From Moniliella sp. 'wahieum' (Eukaryota): 64,000 nt of DNA. This document shows positions 11,264-23,640 of the stretch, piece after piece. Under the pieces are notes generated by a model. That model had not been told where the DNA came from. It made no database searches and saw nothing but the letters and a program-made list of their open reading frames with translations. How positions within the stretch are numbered: the stretch's first letter is position 1; each line of letters begins with the position of its first letter. The DNA is taken from the NCBI GenBank assembly GCA_003971905.1, contig RSEE01000017.1, positions 124,001 to 188,000 on the forward strand, read 5' to 3'. The translations under genes and the position numbers were made by a program.

Positions 11264-13405
11264 ATGGCCTTCTTCGACCCCTCCCTCGCCTCTACCGCCG
11301 CCGCTGCGTCTCTTGCAGCCCCACTCGCCGCCAGCTCCCTCCTGGCCCAGGCGCCCAAGACCATCGTCTTCCTCGGCGAGGCCGACTACGGCCTGCCCGT
11401 CGCTCTGGGCCTGCTCAAGTCGGGCCACCGCGTCCACCTCGTCGTCCCTCGGCCCTCACCCTGCAGACCGCCCTGACTTCGTTTTCCTCCTTTGCCCCCG
11501 CTCTCTCGGGCTCCGTCCTGGCCTTGGACGCGGCACCCAACTGGCCACCGGCGGTATCGGCCCGAAGCCGCGTACGCGCGCCTCTTTTCTGAGCCCAGCG
11601 TCGGGGGTGCTACTGCGGACCTGGTGTACAATGCAGTCGGGTGCTGCCCTTGCCGGAGCCGACATTTTGTCTTCGCGCATTAACCAGGAGATTGCGAGGA
11701 ACGCTTTGCTCAGTCGGTGGTGGGCCTGAGCCAGATCCCAGCAACAAGCCGCCACCCTGGTTTCGGCCAACAAAAGGCCGCTCGGAGGCCAGCCAGCTAT
11801 TCTCCGCTTCCTCGAGCTGGCTGCCCAGCAGTCCAACTTTTTCGCCTCCAACCGGAGGTCTCGTCCCAGCTGCCAGCGAGGCCGCTATCAGGCCAACCAA
11901 GCTGCCGAAGGTGGCTACCTTGGCTGCCCAGACGGCGGCACGCAAGTCGCTCATCGCCTCCGAGGCCGCCGATTCGGCCGTGATCAAGTCAGCGGCAACC
12001 ACCGAGGCGAGCAACATTGCTACCGCCAACCGCCAACCTGTTGTTGTCATCTCCCCGTTGCTTTCCGACCTTTTCCTGACTAACCTTTGAATCTTCTTCC
12101 GTCCCACAACAAGCTTGCGTATGAGAATGGCATTGCAACCGTCGGATCTACCGCCGCTCTCCAGGCTGCGGCTGCTACAGGGTTGACGGGCTACGACTCT
12201 CTTGCTGCTGCTCAGACCGCAGCTGCGGCTGGCCTGACGGGCTATGGATCCGTGGCTGCTGCCGAGGCCGCGGCTGCTGATGCCGCTGTTCTGGGCGGCT
12301 ACGGTTCCCCGCTGCCCTCCAAGCTGCCACGGCTGCTGGACTGACCGGGTACGGATCTACCGCTGCCCTCCAAGCCGCTACGGCCGCTGGGTTGACCGGC
12401 TATGGGTCGGCTGCTACGGCTAAGGCTACTCTTGCTGCAGGTATTTCGGGCATTGGATCTGCCGCTGCTCTGGAAGCGGCTACCGGGATTACCTCGGCCG
12501 ATGTGGCCGCGGCACTTTCGGAGACGGTCGCGTCGCGTTCCATCCAGACTGCCCTGGACAGCGCGCTGATTCAAGCTGGTGTGACTGGGAGCAGCATTGC
12601 CTCGTCGTTGGCGGCCATTAAGAATTCGGCCCTGACCCAGGCTGCCATTTCCAGTGCGGTCCAGTTTGCGGCGGCGAGCGGCGCGTATGAGCAGCAGGCG
12701 ACACTCAAGGCGGCTGCCTACGCGGCCGTGGCTCAGTCCTCGCTTGCCGCGTCGGTGGTCAAGGCGAGCCAAGCGGCCGCGGTGGCACGCGCGATCCAGG
12801 CCCAGTCGCTCGGTGTGGCAGCGACCTCGGTGGTGGCCAGTGCGATCCAGCAAGCTGCTGCGTCCAGCTACGCTCGCTCGGTCGTAGCGCAGGCCATTCA
12901 GCAGCGCGCTGTGGCCCAACAGGTCGCCGCTTCGAGCCTTGTGGCGGCGCGGGCGCAAGCTGCGGCTTCGAGCGTGATTGCCGCGCGCACCCAGGCCGCG
13001 CTGGCCGCGTCGGCGCAGTCGAGCGTGACGCAGGCCATTGTGGCCAACGCGGTGGCGCAGTACGGTTCTTCGGTGCTCAACTCGGCGGCCGCGGCGGCCG
13101 TGGTGCAGGGTGCGTTCAACACTGCCTTTTCGCAGGCGTCGCTGTTGGGTGGGGCGGGCAAGGTGGCGCAAGCGGTGCGCTCGGCGTCGGTGCTGGAGCA
13201 CCTGACTGGCACTCGGCAGCCGCTGCTCGAGACGACCAAGGCGCTGGCTGCGATCAACTATGGCATTGCGCCCTCGGCCTCGGTTGCTGGCCTGCTGGCG
13301 GGGTTGCCGGCCAACTACCCCGTCTCGTCGGCGACGCGTCTCTTCTCGCTCAATGCATCCCCGCTGGCGGCGCTGGCTGCTGCGCGTGGCTTTGCTCGTC
13401 TCTGA
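11264..13405 (+). CDS. Ala-rich repeat protein with a degenerate NmrA/Rossmann-like scaffold
   Basis: KTIVFLGEADYGLPVALGLLKSGHRVHLVV (beta1-alphaA-beta2 like), ATADLVYNAVGAALAGADIL, VVVISPLLSDLFLTNL, 17-aa GLTGYGS repeats, then ~300 aa of Ala/Ser/Gln-rich sequence to ...RGFARL*. Several frame switches needed between 11460 and 12310. Confidence 0.7.
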
Positions 13406-14109
13406 GGGTAAGGGCTCTCGGTTCACGCGTTGTCATCCTGCTCGGGACCAACGCTTTGCTTCCTGGGGAGAAGGTGGAGGCGTGAACTGCAAGAAGCAAT
13501 AACCCCCCTCTGCTTGTCATTTTTTTGATCTCAGCACCAGGCCGCTTTTCTCACCATTTTCCACACTATGATCGTCTCTTCCTTTTTCCACACAATGACA
13601 TACATCAAACCCATGAGGTCGTTTGATCGCTGTGATGGTCGGATACGAGCATAGATCCTAGCCATTAGTCCTCTCTGCCGTCGCAATATAGTTGCACCTC
13701 CATACTTTTGTCCGAGAAGTGGAATCCTCCGAAGATCATACACACACAGATCTATCGAGATTCAAAAGGCTGGAATGGACGATTTCCTGCCGCCTTCAAC
13801 TACACGACGAAAGGTGCACAAGACGCATTCTCTACGCTATCATACCAACAATGGTCTTACGACGGACCTGCGCCATCCTCGCGACTGAAGGAGAAACAGA
13901 CGGGAGAAGTTGGATCCAGACCGTGGGGGGGCCTGATATGTAGAGGAGTTAGTAGACGAGAAATGTCTTCATCACGAGACGGAGATGATGATTCTTGAAT
14001 CATCTTAATCATCAGTGCTGTAGCTTGGGGGTTAAGCTTGAGATTGCTTGCCAGCGCGGCAGTACGTTCCAATTTTTGCGCGGCGCACACATTCACCCAG
14101 CATCTCTTG

Positions 14110-14333
14110 TGATGAGACATGGAGTCCTGATGGTCCTCGAGGGTGATGCAATTGCACTGATGGTGGTGGTGGTGGTGGTCTAAGCCAACCAACAACGCCT
14201 ACAGAGGAGCATCAAGCAGCGAGTCGCCACCAGGGGCTAAGCTGCGGAACAAGGAAAAACAGCAGAGAGAAAAAACAAGGGAAACTCCCAGGCCTGAGGA
14301 GGAACTGAAGGGGCATTGGTCAAAGTACGAGCC
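14110..14333. repeat. Dispersed repeat copy 1 (~225 bp), possible transposon/solo-LTR remnant
   Basis: Aligns by eye, same orientation, to 56837..57065, e.g. tggagtcctgatggtcctcgagggtg, tcaagcagcgagtc, caggggctaa, ggcctgagga. Confidence 0.85.
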
Positions 14334-14459
14334 CGCCGATGGCTCAACATCGTGATCTTGCCGACCCCAAAGCGAAGGCTCCGCAGCAGCACCAAGAAAA
14401 CCCCGACCCGAACCGTGTCTCAATCATTCATCGCGGGGCGCAACAAACCAAAAAAAGTT

Positions 14460-14559
14460 GGGGCTCAGCGGGAATTGAACCCACGACCACCTCTATTCGA
14501 ACTGAGTCCAGCTCGGGAACGAACCCGAAAGAGGCATGATACCACTACACCATGAGCCC
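14460..14559 (-). tRNA. tRNA-Pro (anticodon CGG) with 28-nt intron
   Basis: GGGCTCA/TGAGCCC acceptor stem; D arm GTGTAGTGGTATCAT; anticodon stem CCTCT/AGAGG with loop TT-CGG-G^T; T loop GGTTCAATTCC; oligo-T terminator downstream. Confidence 0.92.
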
Positions 14560-14837
14560 TAGTTGCTTTGGAGCCAGACGCATAGGTCCTAGCCTTACAC
14601 AAACCCAACTCCCCGCTCTGCCGTGGTCTGCGGCTGGGACAGTCGTGGAGGTGCGTAACGCGTAAGGCCCAGTGGACATTACATTCGTGTGCGTGTGCGG
14701 GAGGAGCCGATGGGTCTAGAAACGAGGGTGACTCAGACCCAGCCAAGGACACCAAGACAGCCGAGGCACCACCCCCCTCCTCGACTCGGGTTTAGCAAAA
14801 GCTATCCCCCCCCTCGGTGGTAGAAGCTAAAAAGAAA

Positions 14838-14922
14838 CGCCCCACGTGGGACTCGAACCCACAACCGTGAGATGGACCTCTGCAGTAAGAGTCTCAAATT
14901 CTACCGATTGAAATAGCGAGGC
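14838..14922 (-). tRNA. tRNA-Lys (anticodon CTT) with 12-nt intron
   Basis: GCCTCGC...TGAGA CT-CTT-A^A TCTCA...GTGGGTTCGAGTCCCAC GTGGGGC G; T-rich terminator follows. Confidence 0.92.
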
Positions 14923-15197
14923 GCGTTGGCATACCACGCGGCCTCTACCGACCCGATACCCTGGCGGCCCATTCGGTAGCCTCGCACATGTCGATCGCGC
15001 ACCTCTCTTGCCTGTCTACATCTTATTTTCGCAGGGCCGCTATGGCATGGTCTGCTTGGTCTGCCTGATATGGGGCAAGCAATGGGCATCCAGATGAGCA
15101 TGATAAGCATGTTGCAGCCGCACCATTGGCCGCGGCATAGGCAGAGGCAGAGGCAGAGCCAGAGCCGGGCCTGGGTAGGCAGGGCAGGGCAGGACAG

Positions 15198-18100
15198 TTA
15201 AGCCAGCGCCACCCCGGCCACGGTCGGCAGCAGCATCGCATCTACCTCGGGGTGCGTTTCGAGGAGGAAAGCATCGAGCGAGGCAAAGGTGTCGACGTGG
15301 GCATGGGACCCCTTGGGGTGCTGCGACGCCTTTTGCGGGTACATCCCGCTCTCGTCCAGGGCGGTAAAGTCGATGCGCAACCGACTCGGATCGTCCAGGC
15401 CAGGTTGGCCGACACGGACGAGGTGGCTAAACTGCGGCTGTGGACCGCGTTGCTGCGCCGCCTGGCGCGCGGCGGGGTAAGACGAACGAGGAGTTGATGT
15501 CCCATGAGTCGATGCCAAACCGGCTGACTTCCTTGATGTGGTGCCGCTGCAGCCCCGGCGGCGGCGGCGTCGGCCCCACGTCCCACGCGACCAGGTCCGC
15601 ATCGAATGCGACGACAGACCAAATCAGGCCCGGATGCTCAATGTGCAGCGTCACGTTGCGCAGGCCCTGGTCCCAATCAAAGTGCTCGTGCGTGACCGTG
15701 ATGCGGAAGTGCGGGTGGTGGGCAACGCCGTGCTCGGGCGCAGGCAGGCGGTACTTGTACGGCGCGATAAACTGACTGACCGGGTAGAGCGGATCAAAGT
15801 CCGGGTTCCACGGGTGCATCTCTACCTTCTCTGGCAGGCTACCGACAAACCCAGTGTGCTGCGCTGCGTCGTGGATCACCTTGGCCAACGATGCCGAGTC
15901 GGGATCGGCACCGCCCATGTTCATCAACCACTCGCCCGAGGTGAGGTTTTGAGTTTGGTGGACAAAGAGCCGTTGCGGGTGGAGCTGGTCAAACGGCTTG
16001 AACGTGGCAAAGATAGCCATTGTGACGACGGTGGCGCCGGCCAAGAGCTGGATCGCCCGCTGGCGCGACTGGGTGCCAAAGCGGTGAGAGAGCGGGATGA
16101 GCGCCGGCGCAGAGAGCAGGCACATGCCGCCCACGATGGTCGCGATCAGGTGGTCCGCCGGCGCATCTTCCCCCGTACGGCCTGTGAGCGGGGTAAAGAG
16201 GTCGAGGAAGGTGGTCAAACCCTCCAGGCCAACGGTGCAGGCAGAATGGACATGAGAAGGTAGGTGGACCAGTGGACACGCCGGTCAACAGGAATGCGAT
16301 GGAGATCAATGTTGGACATGCCGACCTGGCACATGTCATTGTACGCCATGCTGCTCAACCCCATGATCACCGCCAGCAGAGCCAAGTACGCCGAGCCGAG
16401 TGAAAACACATTGGCAATGAGAAGTGCAAAGACAAAGGTAGCCGTGATGCCGGTGAAGGAGGCGCGTTCCATATACGGCCGGTTCTCGGGCCGAACCAGG
16501 CGCGAAACAGCCGACTGGATCAGCACCATGCCCAATATGGCAGGGGGCAAGTAGAGCACCAACGGGGCCCATGGGTGGCTGAACCAAGTGAGAGGGCGGT
16601 GAAGGACATAGGTCATGATGGCGGCCACCACGTTGGCGCCCACAATCCCGCCTACCATTGAACCAAGGGTACCGAGGAGCGCAGCGAACGAGGCAAGGTA
16701 CACCTGGAATGGCTTATCACCCTCAGCGATCGCCTGGATGGCAAAGTTGAGCCAGACCGTGGTGGCCATAGAGATGGATCGGAAAAAGGTGGGCGAAAGA
16801 AGGACAAAGTAGCGGGCGGCCCAGGTGAAGAAGTAGGGCATCTCGTTGAATGGCGTCGGTTCGTAGACGCTGGAAGCTTGTCGGATGTGGCGTTGGTAGC
16901 AGCCAAGTAGCGGATGAGAGAAAGCACATTGTCGCCCATGTGCTGCACCACGCCGGGCGGAATGTGCTCAGGCGTGTCACGGCGAGTGTGGTAGAGGTAC
17001 GAGTCGCCGACAACGGCCATATCCAGTCCGGTCAAGTTGGCATACTGGACAAACTGACGGAAGTCCGTGTCAGACAGGATGAGTCCGGTAGCAAAGACGT
17101 CGTTGGCCAAAACGGTGCCAAACGGATGCGGAACCTGAGCGTACGCCTCTAGGAACACATGCGACGTGGCCTGGAAGAGCAGCTCGGGTCCCGTAACGCC
17201 ACACGCCTCGAGGTTGATCACACCACGAACCGACTTGACCGTTTCGTGCTTGGTCGAGTAAAGGTGGGAGGCGTCTTGCAGGCTTTCCTCGCCATTGTTA
17301 AAGAGGAGGATAACCGAGTGGTGGAGTTCAGGCAACGGACCCGTCGTCAAGACACGCAGGACATCATCCAGCACTCCCACTGCAGCCGCATCGTCCGCTG
17401 CCCCGGGGGATGGGAGGGTTGAATCGAGATGCGCATTGACCAACACTGCGTTTTCCTACCCCCGATTCCACATCAAGAGGTCAGCTTCCCGTAGCCAGCA
17501 TAAGCGCCAAGAAAATAGATACGCACCTTGCCCTCGTCGGTACCGTCCGAGAGGCGGACGATGACGTTGGAGATGCCATAATACTTCTTTTGCACGACGG
17601 CCGACATGAAGTCGAAGCGGTGCGATCCGTCGTCAATCTGGCGCCAAGCCTCAACCTGGACGCCGGCAAAACGCTCGCCTTGGGTGGAGTTCTTGCCCGG
17701 CACGGAGGGGTTGGGGTACCACCCCACCTTGGCACTCACCCGGTCCCAAAGCCAGTCCTCAGCCTCGACATGCTCGCGCGTGCCGACGATGCGGTAGCCA
17801 ATGTCGTCGCTCAGGTAGCTCATGACCTGGCGTGCATTTCCTCGGAAAAGGGCGCAGCTTGCCGGCGGCCGCAACGGCCGAGCTGGCCTCGAGCGAGATG
17901 GGGTTGGGCAGCTTGTAGTGCAGAAAGAGGGTGATGCCGGTCAGGGGGCATACCAGGCCAGCAGGGCAGGGAGCAGCAGCAAGGACTTGGATGTGAGCTT
18001 GTAGAGAGGCGACGTGGCAGGGTTGGCGTCATAGGGCACCTCGCGCTTGCGGGTGCGCGCAACGGTGCCCGTGGCGGCGACATTGGCAGCCGAGGGCGGG

Positions 18101-18200
18101 GCAGGTGTTTCTGGGGCGGCGGAAGGCGGAGGAGGCGCTGCGGCTGGGCGTGCGCCCGAGGCATTGCGGCTCTTGGCGGCCTTGGAGCGCTTGGGGGCAT
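15198..18200 (-). CDS. M28 family multipass membrane zinc metallopeptidase (ERMP1/Pff1-like)
   Basis: LVNAHLDSTLPSPGAADDA, LFNNGEESLQDASH, INLEACG, SDTDFRQF, YLYHTRRD, followed by multiple TM segments. Intron ~17457..17527. Several 1-bp shifts. Confidence 0.9.
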
Positions 18201-18626
18201 GGGGGGGGGCGGTGGGGGAGAGCGGGGGGGCGCAGGCGGCGGGCGGCTGGCGTGCGCTGAGTGGGGCTGCGCCTCAGCTGAGCGTTGCTGGCCAGACGCA
18301 TTTAATTCTTCGTGATTGAATGTTGAAGTCTGGGGTCGTTAAACGTTAATATTTAATCGCTAAGCCTTAGCCTTAGCGCTACGCCAGCGCTGCAGCCCAG
18401 CGGCCACTGGGCTGATTATGTCACGTGCGCAGCATGCATCTGTCTGCACGGGGGCATGCCGTCGTCTGTGGCATCATGCATCATTAATCATTCCGCCCCG
18501 CGGAACACGGCGTGTCTCCGGCGGCCGGCGGGCCAGGCCGAAGCGCTGGGCAGGCACACGACAGCACACAGGCACAGAACCACCCCCACCAGCCAGGCGA
18601 GCACCCCCTCCGCCCTTCGACACGCC

Positions 18627-20684
18627 ATGTCACCTCACCCCATCACCACCTCCTCGCCCCACCACCCCTCCCCCCCGCCATGCCCCACCCATCCCCAGCA
18701 TCCACAGCGCACCCTCTCCCTCACCCCCCCACCGACCGAGCCCCACTCCGAGCCAGCAGCAGCTGCCTCGGTGCCTGCCCCTGCCCAGCCCCCCAGCCCA
18801 GCCCCCGCGCCCGATCCCAACACCCATTCTTCTCCCCAGCCATCCGCCCCATCGGAGCACGCGCAGAGCCCAGAGGACGACCACAATGAGAACCCTGCCA
18901 AACCCGACTCATCCGTCCAGGCTCCGCCTCCAGCCAGTGACCACACTGCTCTTGCTGCCGAGTCCGCCAAGCCTGCGCCGGAACCAGAACGCGACTCGGA
19001 CCAGGGTAGCGAAGGCAAGAAAAAAGAAGGAGCGGCGCCTGCCTTCGACACTCCGGGAGCTTTCTCAACTTGGCCTCTCTGCCATTGGCGATGGCGAAGT
19101 AATTGAGGGCCCCCGCCGGCGGAGACGCGCCCAGCTATCCCCGCTGCCCCACGTGCTCTCTTCCAGCTCCTCCGTCCGCGCATCCAGTTCCGAGTCCAAC
19201 ACACGCATCTCCCCTGCCCAAGACGAGGCGGAAGAGCATCATCTTGGTAAAGACAGGGTTGACGAAATCCGTACGACCCGTTTGCAGGGCAAGCACGGCC
19301 CTGTCCAGGATGCGGAGCTCGGAGTGGAGGCTGGATCCGAATTGCCGCAAGCCGTTGACCAAGGCGAGGGCGACGAGGGCGAGACGCGTTGCATTTGTGG
19401 CTCGGTGGAAGAGTCGATTGGACTGATGATCCAATGCGACACGTGCCATTGCTGGCAGCATTGCGTTTGCATGGGCATGGAAGGAGAGGACGAGTGCCCA
19501 GATGTGTATTACTGCGAGCAGTGCCGCCCTGACCTACACATTCGCCTTCTCCGTGACTTGGGCTACCTCAACGGTCCAAGAAGAGCCCCTATGCCTCCCG
19601 ACGCAGCGGTACTGCCACCCGAGCCGAGTTGGACGCAGCCAAACTTGCTGTCCAATTGGCTATTCAGCAACGCAGGGCGCATCCTGCCTTGCCTTCCTCC
19701 AGCACCATGCCCCTGCGCAGCAATCCCCCTCCACCCGCCGCACTGCCTCCCCAGCACCAACCTTACCTCCCACCCCCCCCGCTCGCCCCAGAGCAACCCT
19801 AAACTCGCGCGACAGCAACTATGGCTGGGAACCAATCCCGCCCCATCTGCTAGAAGAGCGGCGGCGCCGGAAGAAAGTCCCAAATCAAAAGAAGTGGGCG
19901 AGCGAAAGCGCAAACGTTCCCCACCGTCCGAAGAAGTATGCATTTGTGTTCTTTTCTTTTCTTGTGTCGAGACAACTGACCAGCATTGCCCCTACGAGAC
20001 CAGGAGGATGAGAGTGACAAAAAGCCCAGGGGACGCAAGGCCAATCGCAAGGAAAGGGAAGCGACACTACAAGAAACGCAGGTCGCAACTTCGTTGCAGG
20101 AACCTTCTCCCTCGCCAACCAAGACATCTCGCGAGCCGAGCCGCGGATCGACATCGACTGTGACGCGGGATGCGCCCCTGGTGAAAGGCCAGTTGCCCCT
20201 GCCGCTGCAGCGGCTGCGCAAGCCTGGGGACTGCCTGACCATCTGCTGCACATGGCCCACGTTTTGCCCTCTTCGCCGGTGGATGTACAGGTGGAGGAGG
20301 CAGTCGAGGTGGCGGAGATGGTCAAGCAAGGGGGTAGTGCGGCGTACCAAGTCGATAAGCGTACCGAGCCAGGTAGCAAGATCCGGTTCCCTGCCCGGAG
20401 GACTACGATGGGGGAGATGCGCAAGCGCATCCGAGCCATTGGGGAGTACGTGATGGGCGCGCAAATTGAGGCAGCTTCCCGTGAGGCACGTCTGCGCCGC
20501 ATGGGGCTCTCGCGACAAGACGCGACTGTGCAGCCATCGTCCGCCCAGGTCGAGGTAGAGATGGAGACGCAGGCACAGGCACAGGATGCTTCCCACCTTC
20601 TCGACGAGTTGAACAAAACTGTATCAATTCAGCAGCAAGTACGGCTCCCTACCGGGTGGCGCGACGACCCTGGCGCGCGATTAG
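18627..20684 (+). CDS. CTI6: PHD-finger protein, Cti6-like (Rpd3L HDAC-associated)
   Basis: PHD finger TRCICG...MIQCDTCHCWQHCVCMG...YYCEQCRPDLH; C-terminal KIRFPARRTTMGEMRKRIRAIGEYV motif. Intron 19936..20003. Frameshifted. Confidence 0.75.
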
Positions 20685-21230
20685 GTGCTCCTCGATTCCC
20701 CTCCTCCCCCTCCCCCTCACCCGTCTAGATTGTCTTCCCACGTACATGTTGGCGGGTTTCCGTTTTTGGTACCTTGAGGCCCTCGCTGTTTCCCCTCTGT
20801 CCGTCTTGGATGGATTCTGTCTCCAGAATTTTGTTGTGTTTGTCTTTGAGACCTCCTCCCTGGAAGTTGGTGTACCACTGTATGGCATGATAACGCTGAT
20901 CTTCGACTAAGTTTGTGTCTGCTTTTATTCTGGGTCTCCTTGTGCGTGTGGTGCCATTTCTGGGCCATAGCTGTGGCCACATGCTGCTAGGTACTAGTCT
21001 GTGAGCAATTACAGATCAAATGATTGCCGAATCTGCTCACGATGGCCCACAGTGGCACATGCCTCAGCGGGAGAAATGGTGGGATGCATATCATGCAAAA
21101 ACAGTGGCGATTATCGTGCCCAGGTCAGGATGGCTTGACCTTGGGTGTACAGTGCGAGAGCATACTACAAGTGTTGCACGCTTCAAGCTCCAAGCTTCCA
21201 GCGGCAACCTTCAGCGGCGGGGACGCAGCT

Positions 21231-23320
21231 TCACGCGGCGGGATCCTGGGTGATGGCAAAGAAGGCAAACGCCAAGCCATACGGGGTAAACGCCTTGCGG
21301 ATCAACCACCACGACATCTTAGCGCCCACCTTGGGATCCAATGCGTTCTTGGTGCCCACCACCGATTGCGTCACGGCATTGTGCACCGTCCAGCGGTGGC
21401 GGAGCGCATTGGCGCGTGTGCCTCCAGGCACGACGCCGGCGCCCTTGAGGTTGAGCGCGGTGCGCAGCTGGAAACGTTTGTCGAGCCCGAGCGGCTGAAG
21501 GAAATACGTGTGGACCATAAGGGGGATCGTGGGTGGCAGGCGAGGCGAGCGGGGCTGGTGTTGGCGCCAGTTCCTCACCGCATAGTCCCGCAACAAGCTC
21601 CATGCCGACGGCTTGGGACGACCCTGGAGGCGCCATTGGGTGCGTCGCACCCGGTCCACCGTGCTGCCGCCCGCGTCTTGCGCGTCTGCGCCTCGTGAGC
21701 GCCCGATCCATTGGCACCCGCCGCGTTGCTGGCCAAGGCGGTCGACCCGCCTGCCCAACCGATCCGGCGCACTCGATCCCGACGTGTTAGCCATCCGGAG
21801 CGCAGCGAGCGTGGCGCGGCGCGAACCCAAGCTGCGTGCATTCGCCCCGGGCGCCCGCGGCAGCGTTTGCGGCACAGCTCGAGCCGCACGTCGAACCCTT
21901 CGCGGGGCGCGCTGGGCGCCGCCGGCCGCCTCGGCTGAAGCATGACGTCGGCGCCGGAAGGCGGATTGCTGGGCGGCCGACTGAGGTTTGACCTGCTCTT
22001 GCCAAGCACGTTCGCCATCAAATAGGACCGAGCGCATCAGCTCGGCCGGTCGGCCCAGCAGCTCGTACGATGCGGCGCCCAACGCACCCCCGGCAATCAG
22101 CACCACTGCCGCCACGGTGCGGCCCAAGAAGGAGCGCGACGCCTTGTAGGAGTAGTCGTTGTCCACTTCGCTCCCAATGTCGGCAATCTGTACGTCTCCA
22201 TGCGATCCAGGCGCCGGAGCGCTGCGTGGGACGTTGCCCCCTCCTTGGGGCCGGGAAGAAGGGTGGGACTCTTGTTGAAGAAGTAATAGACCATATCGAC
22301 CGCCATCGAGGCATGGTATGCCGCCCGCCGGCTCACTTCAAACACGGCGAAAAAGGATGCAAAGCCCACACTGTCCCGCACCAAGCTCAGCACCAACCCA
22401 GCGCCATGCGCCCCGCCTCGCCACGCATTCAGGTACCGCATCCAGCGATCGTCCTTGCCGACCGCCTTGGTCTTGCCAGTGGCGGCAGGAGACGCCGCCT
22501 GGCGCTCCTTGGCGGCCGAAATGGAATGCTTGACCTTGGCCACCATCCTCTGGTGCTGGGTTTCTGTCGCCGCAAACGGAAGCACCGCCGCGCGAATCAC
22601 CGCGGTCCAGGAGAAGGGACGCCGAGGCAAAGGGTGGCGCGGGTCCGAGGGCGCGGCCTGGGCCAAAACCTTGCGGACATTGTCCAGCGGAGCCGATATG
22701 AGGCACTGTGCTGCACCCGCCACGCCTCCCGATACAGTGACGATCCACAGCGGGCTCCATTGGGTGACCCCCAGCACTATCGACCGGTGGCGGTCCCAGC
22801 CGCGAGGGGACGTAGCGGCGCAGCAAGGTTCGCTCCGTCAGGCTAAACGCTTCAAATAGCGTAAATCCAATCACCGTGTTGATTAGCAACGGCGGCCCGA
22901 GCAGGTGCGCAAAAAAGGCAGGCCGTTCACGCTTCCACACGGTGCGCAAGAAGCGGAAGGACAAGGTGGTGCCTTCGCGCTGCGCCACGCATCTAGTACC
23001 GACAGGGCCGAGATCTTGACCGGACGGTAGAGGCGCACCGGCGCGCGAAAGAAGACGGCCAAGGCGCCGAGCAAGGCACGCGTCAGCGCGCCCTTGAAGC
23101 TGTCGACCCGCGTTACGGGCGTGGGCGCGCCGGGGGAGGCGTCGTCCCCCGAGCTGGGCTCGTCGGCAGCGGGGCGCTTGTCGTCCGCGCTATCTGGGCT
23201 GCGCGGGCTGGCGTGCGTGGACGCGGGCGAGGGTGGGGACGCGTGGCCAGCATCGGACACGACGGCGTGGGCGTCGCCCATGCTCGCCGGCCGAGGTTGT
23301 GGGAGCGGGGCCGACGCCAT
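21231..23320 (-). CDS. Divergent mitochondrial-carrier-like membrane protein
   Basis: FFRAPVRLYRP, GPPLLINTVIGFTLF, SGGVAGAAQCLISAPLDNVR (PxDxxR carrier signature), LVRDSVGFASFFAVFE, GRPAELMR. Pieced across 4 ORFs. Confidence 0.75.
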
Positions 23321-23640
23321 TCGCCCACGCTCGGCAGGTGCAGGAGAGGGGGACGGAGCGGGGCTTACCCGAACAAGACGAGTACTAGACGAGGACTGAT
23401 TAATGATCCGTGATTAATATTGAAGCCAGCCAGCCTGGCCGGCGGACTGAAGAACGCGGGCGGAGCCTCGTCTATTCCGCAGCCGGCGTCGATGCAGGCA
23501 GCGAATGCGGTGGCCAGGGGGGCTACAATCAGAACACGAATCACAAGTCACTTCGCTTGCCGCCTTGGCTCGCCCTCTCCGCTCGCGTCTTCCACACCTC
23601 CCGCCCCCACCACCAGCGCTCGCGCCGCAAGTGCCCCACC

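Noticed and set aside
12129..12490. Horizontally acquired bacterial ice-nucleation gene (inaZ)
   Set aside because: Period is 17 not 16/48, TxT motifs are missing, there are only ~7 units, and codon style matches the neighbouring genes.
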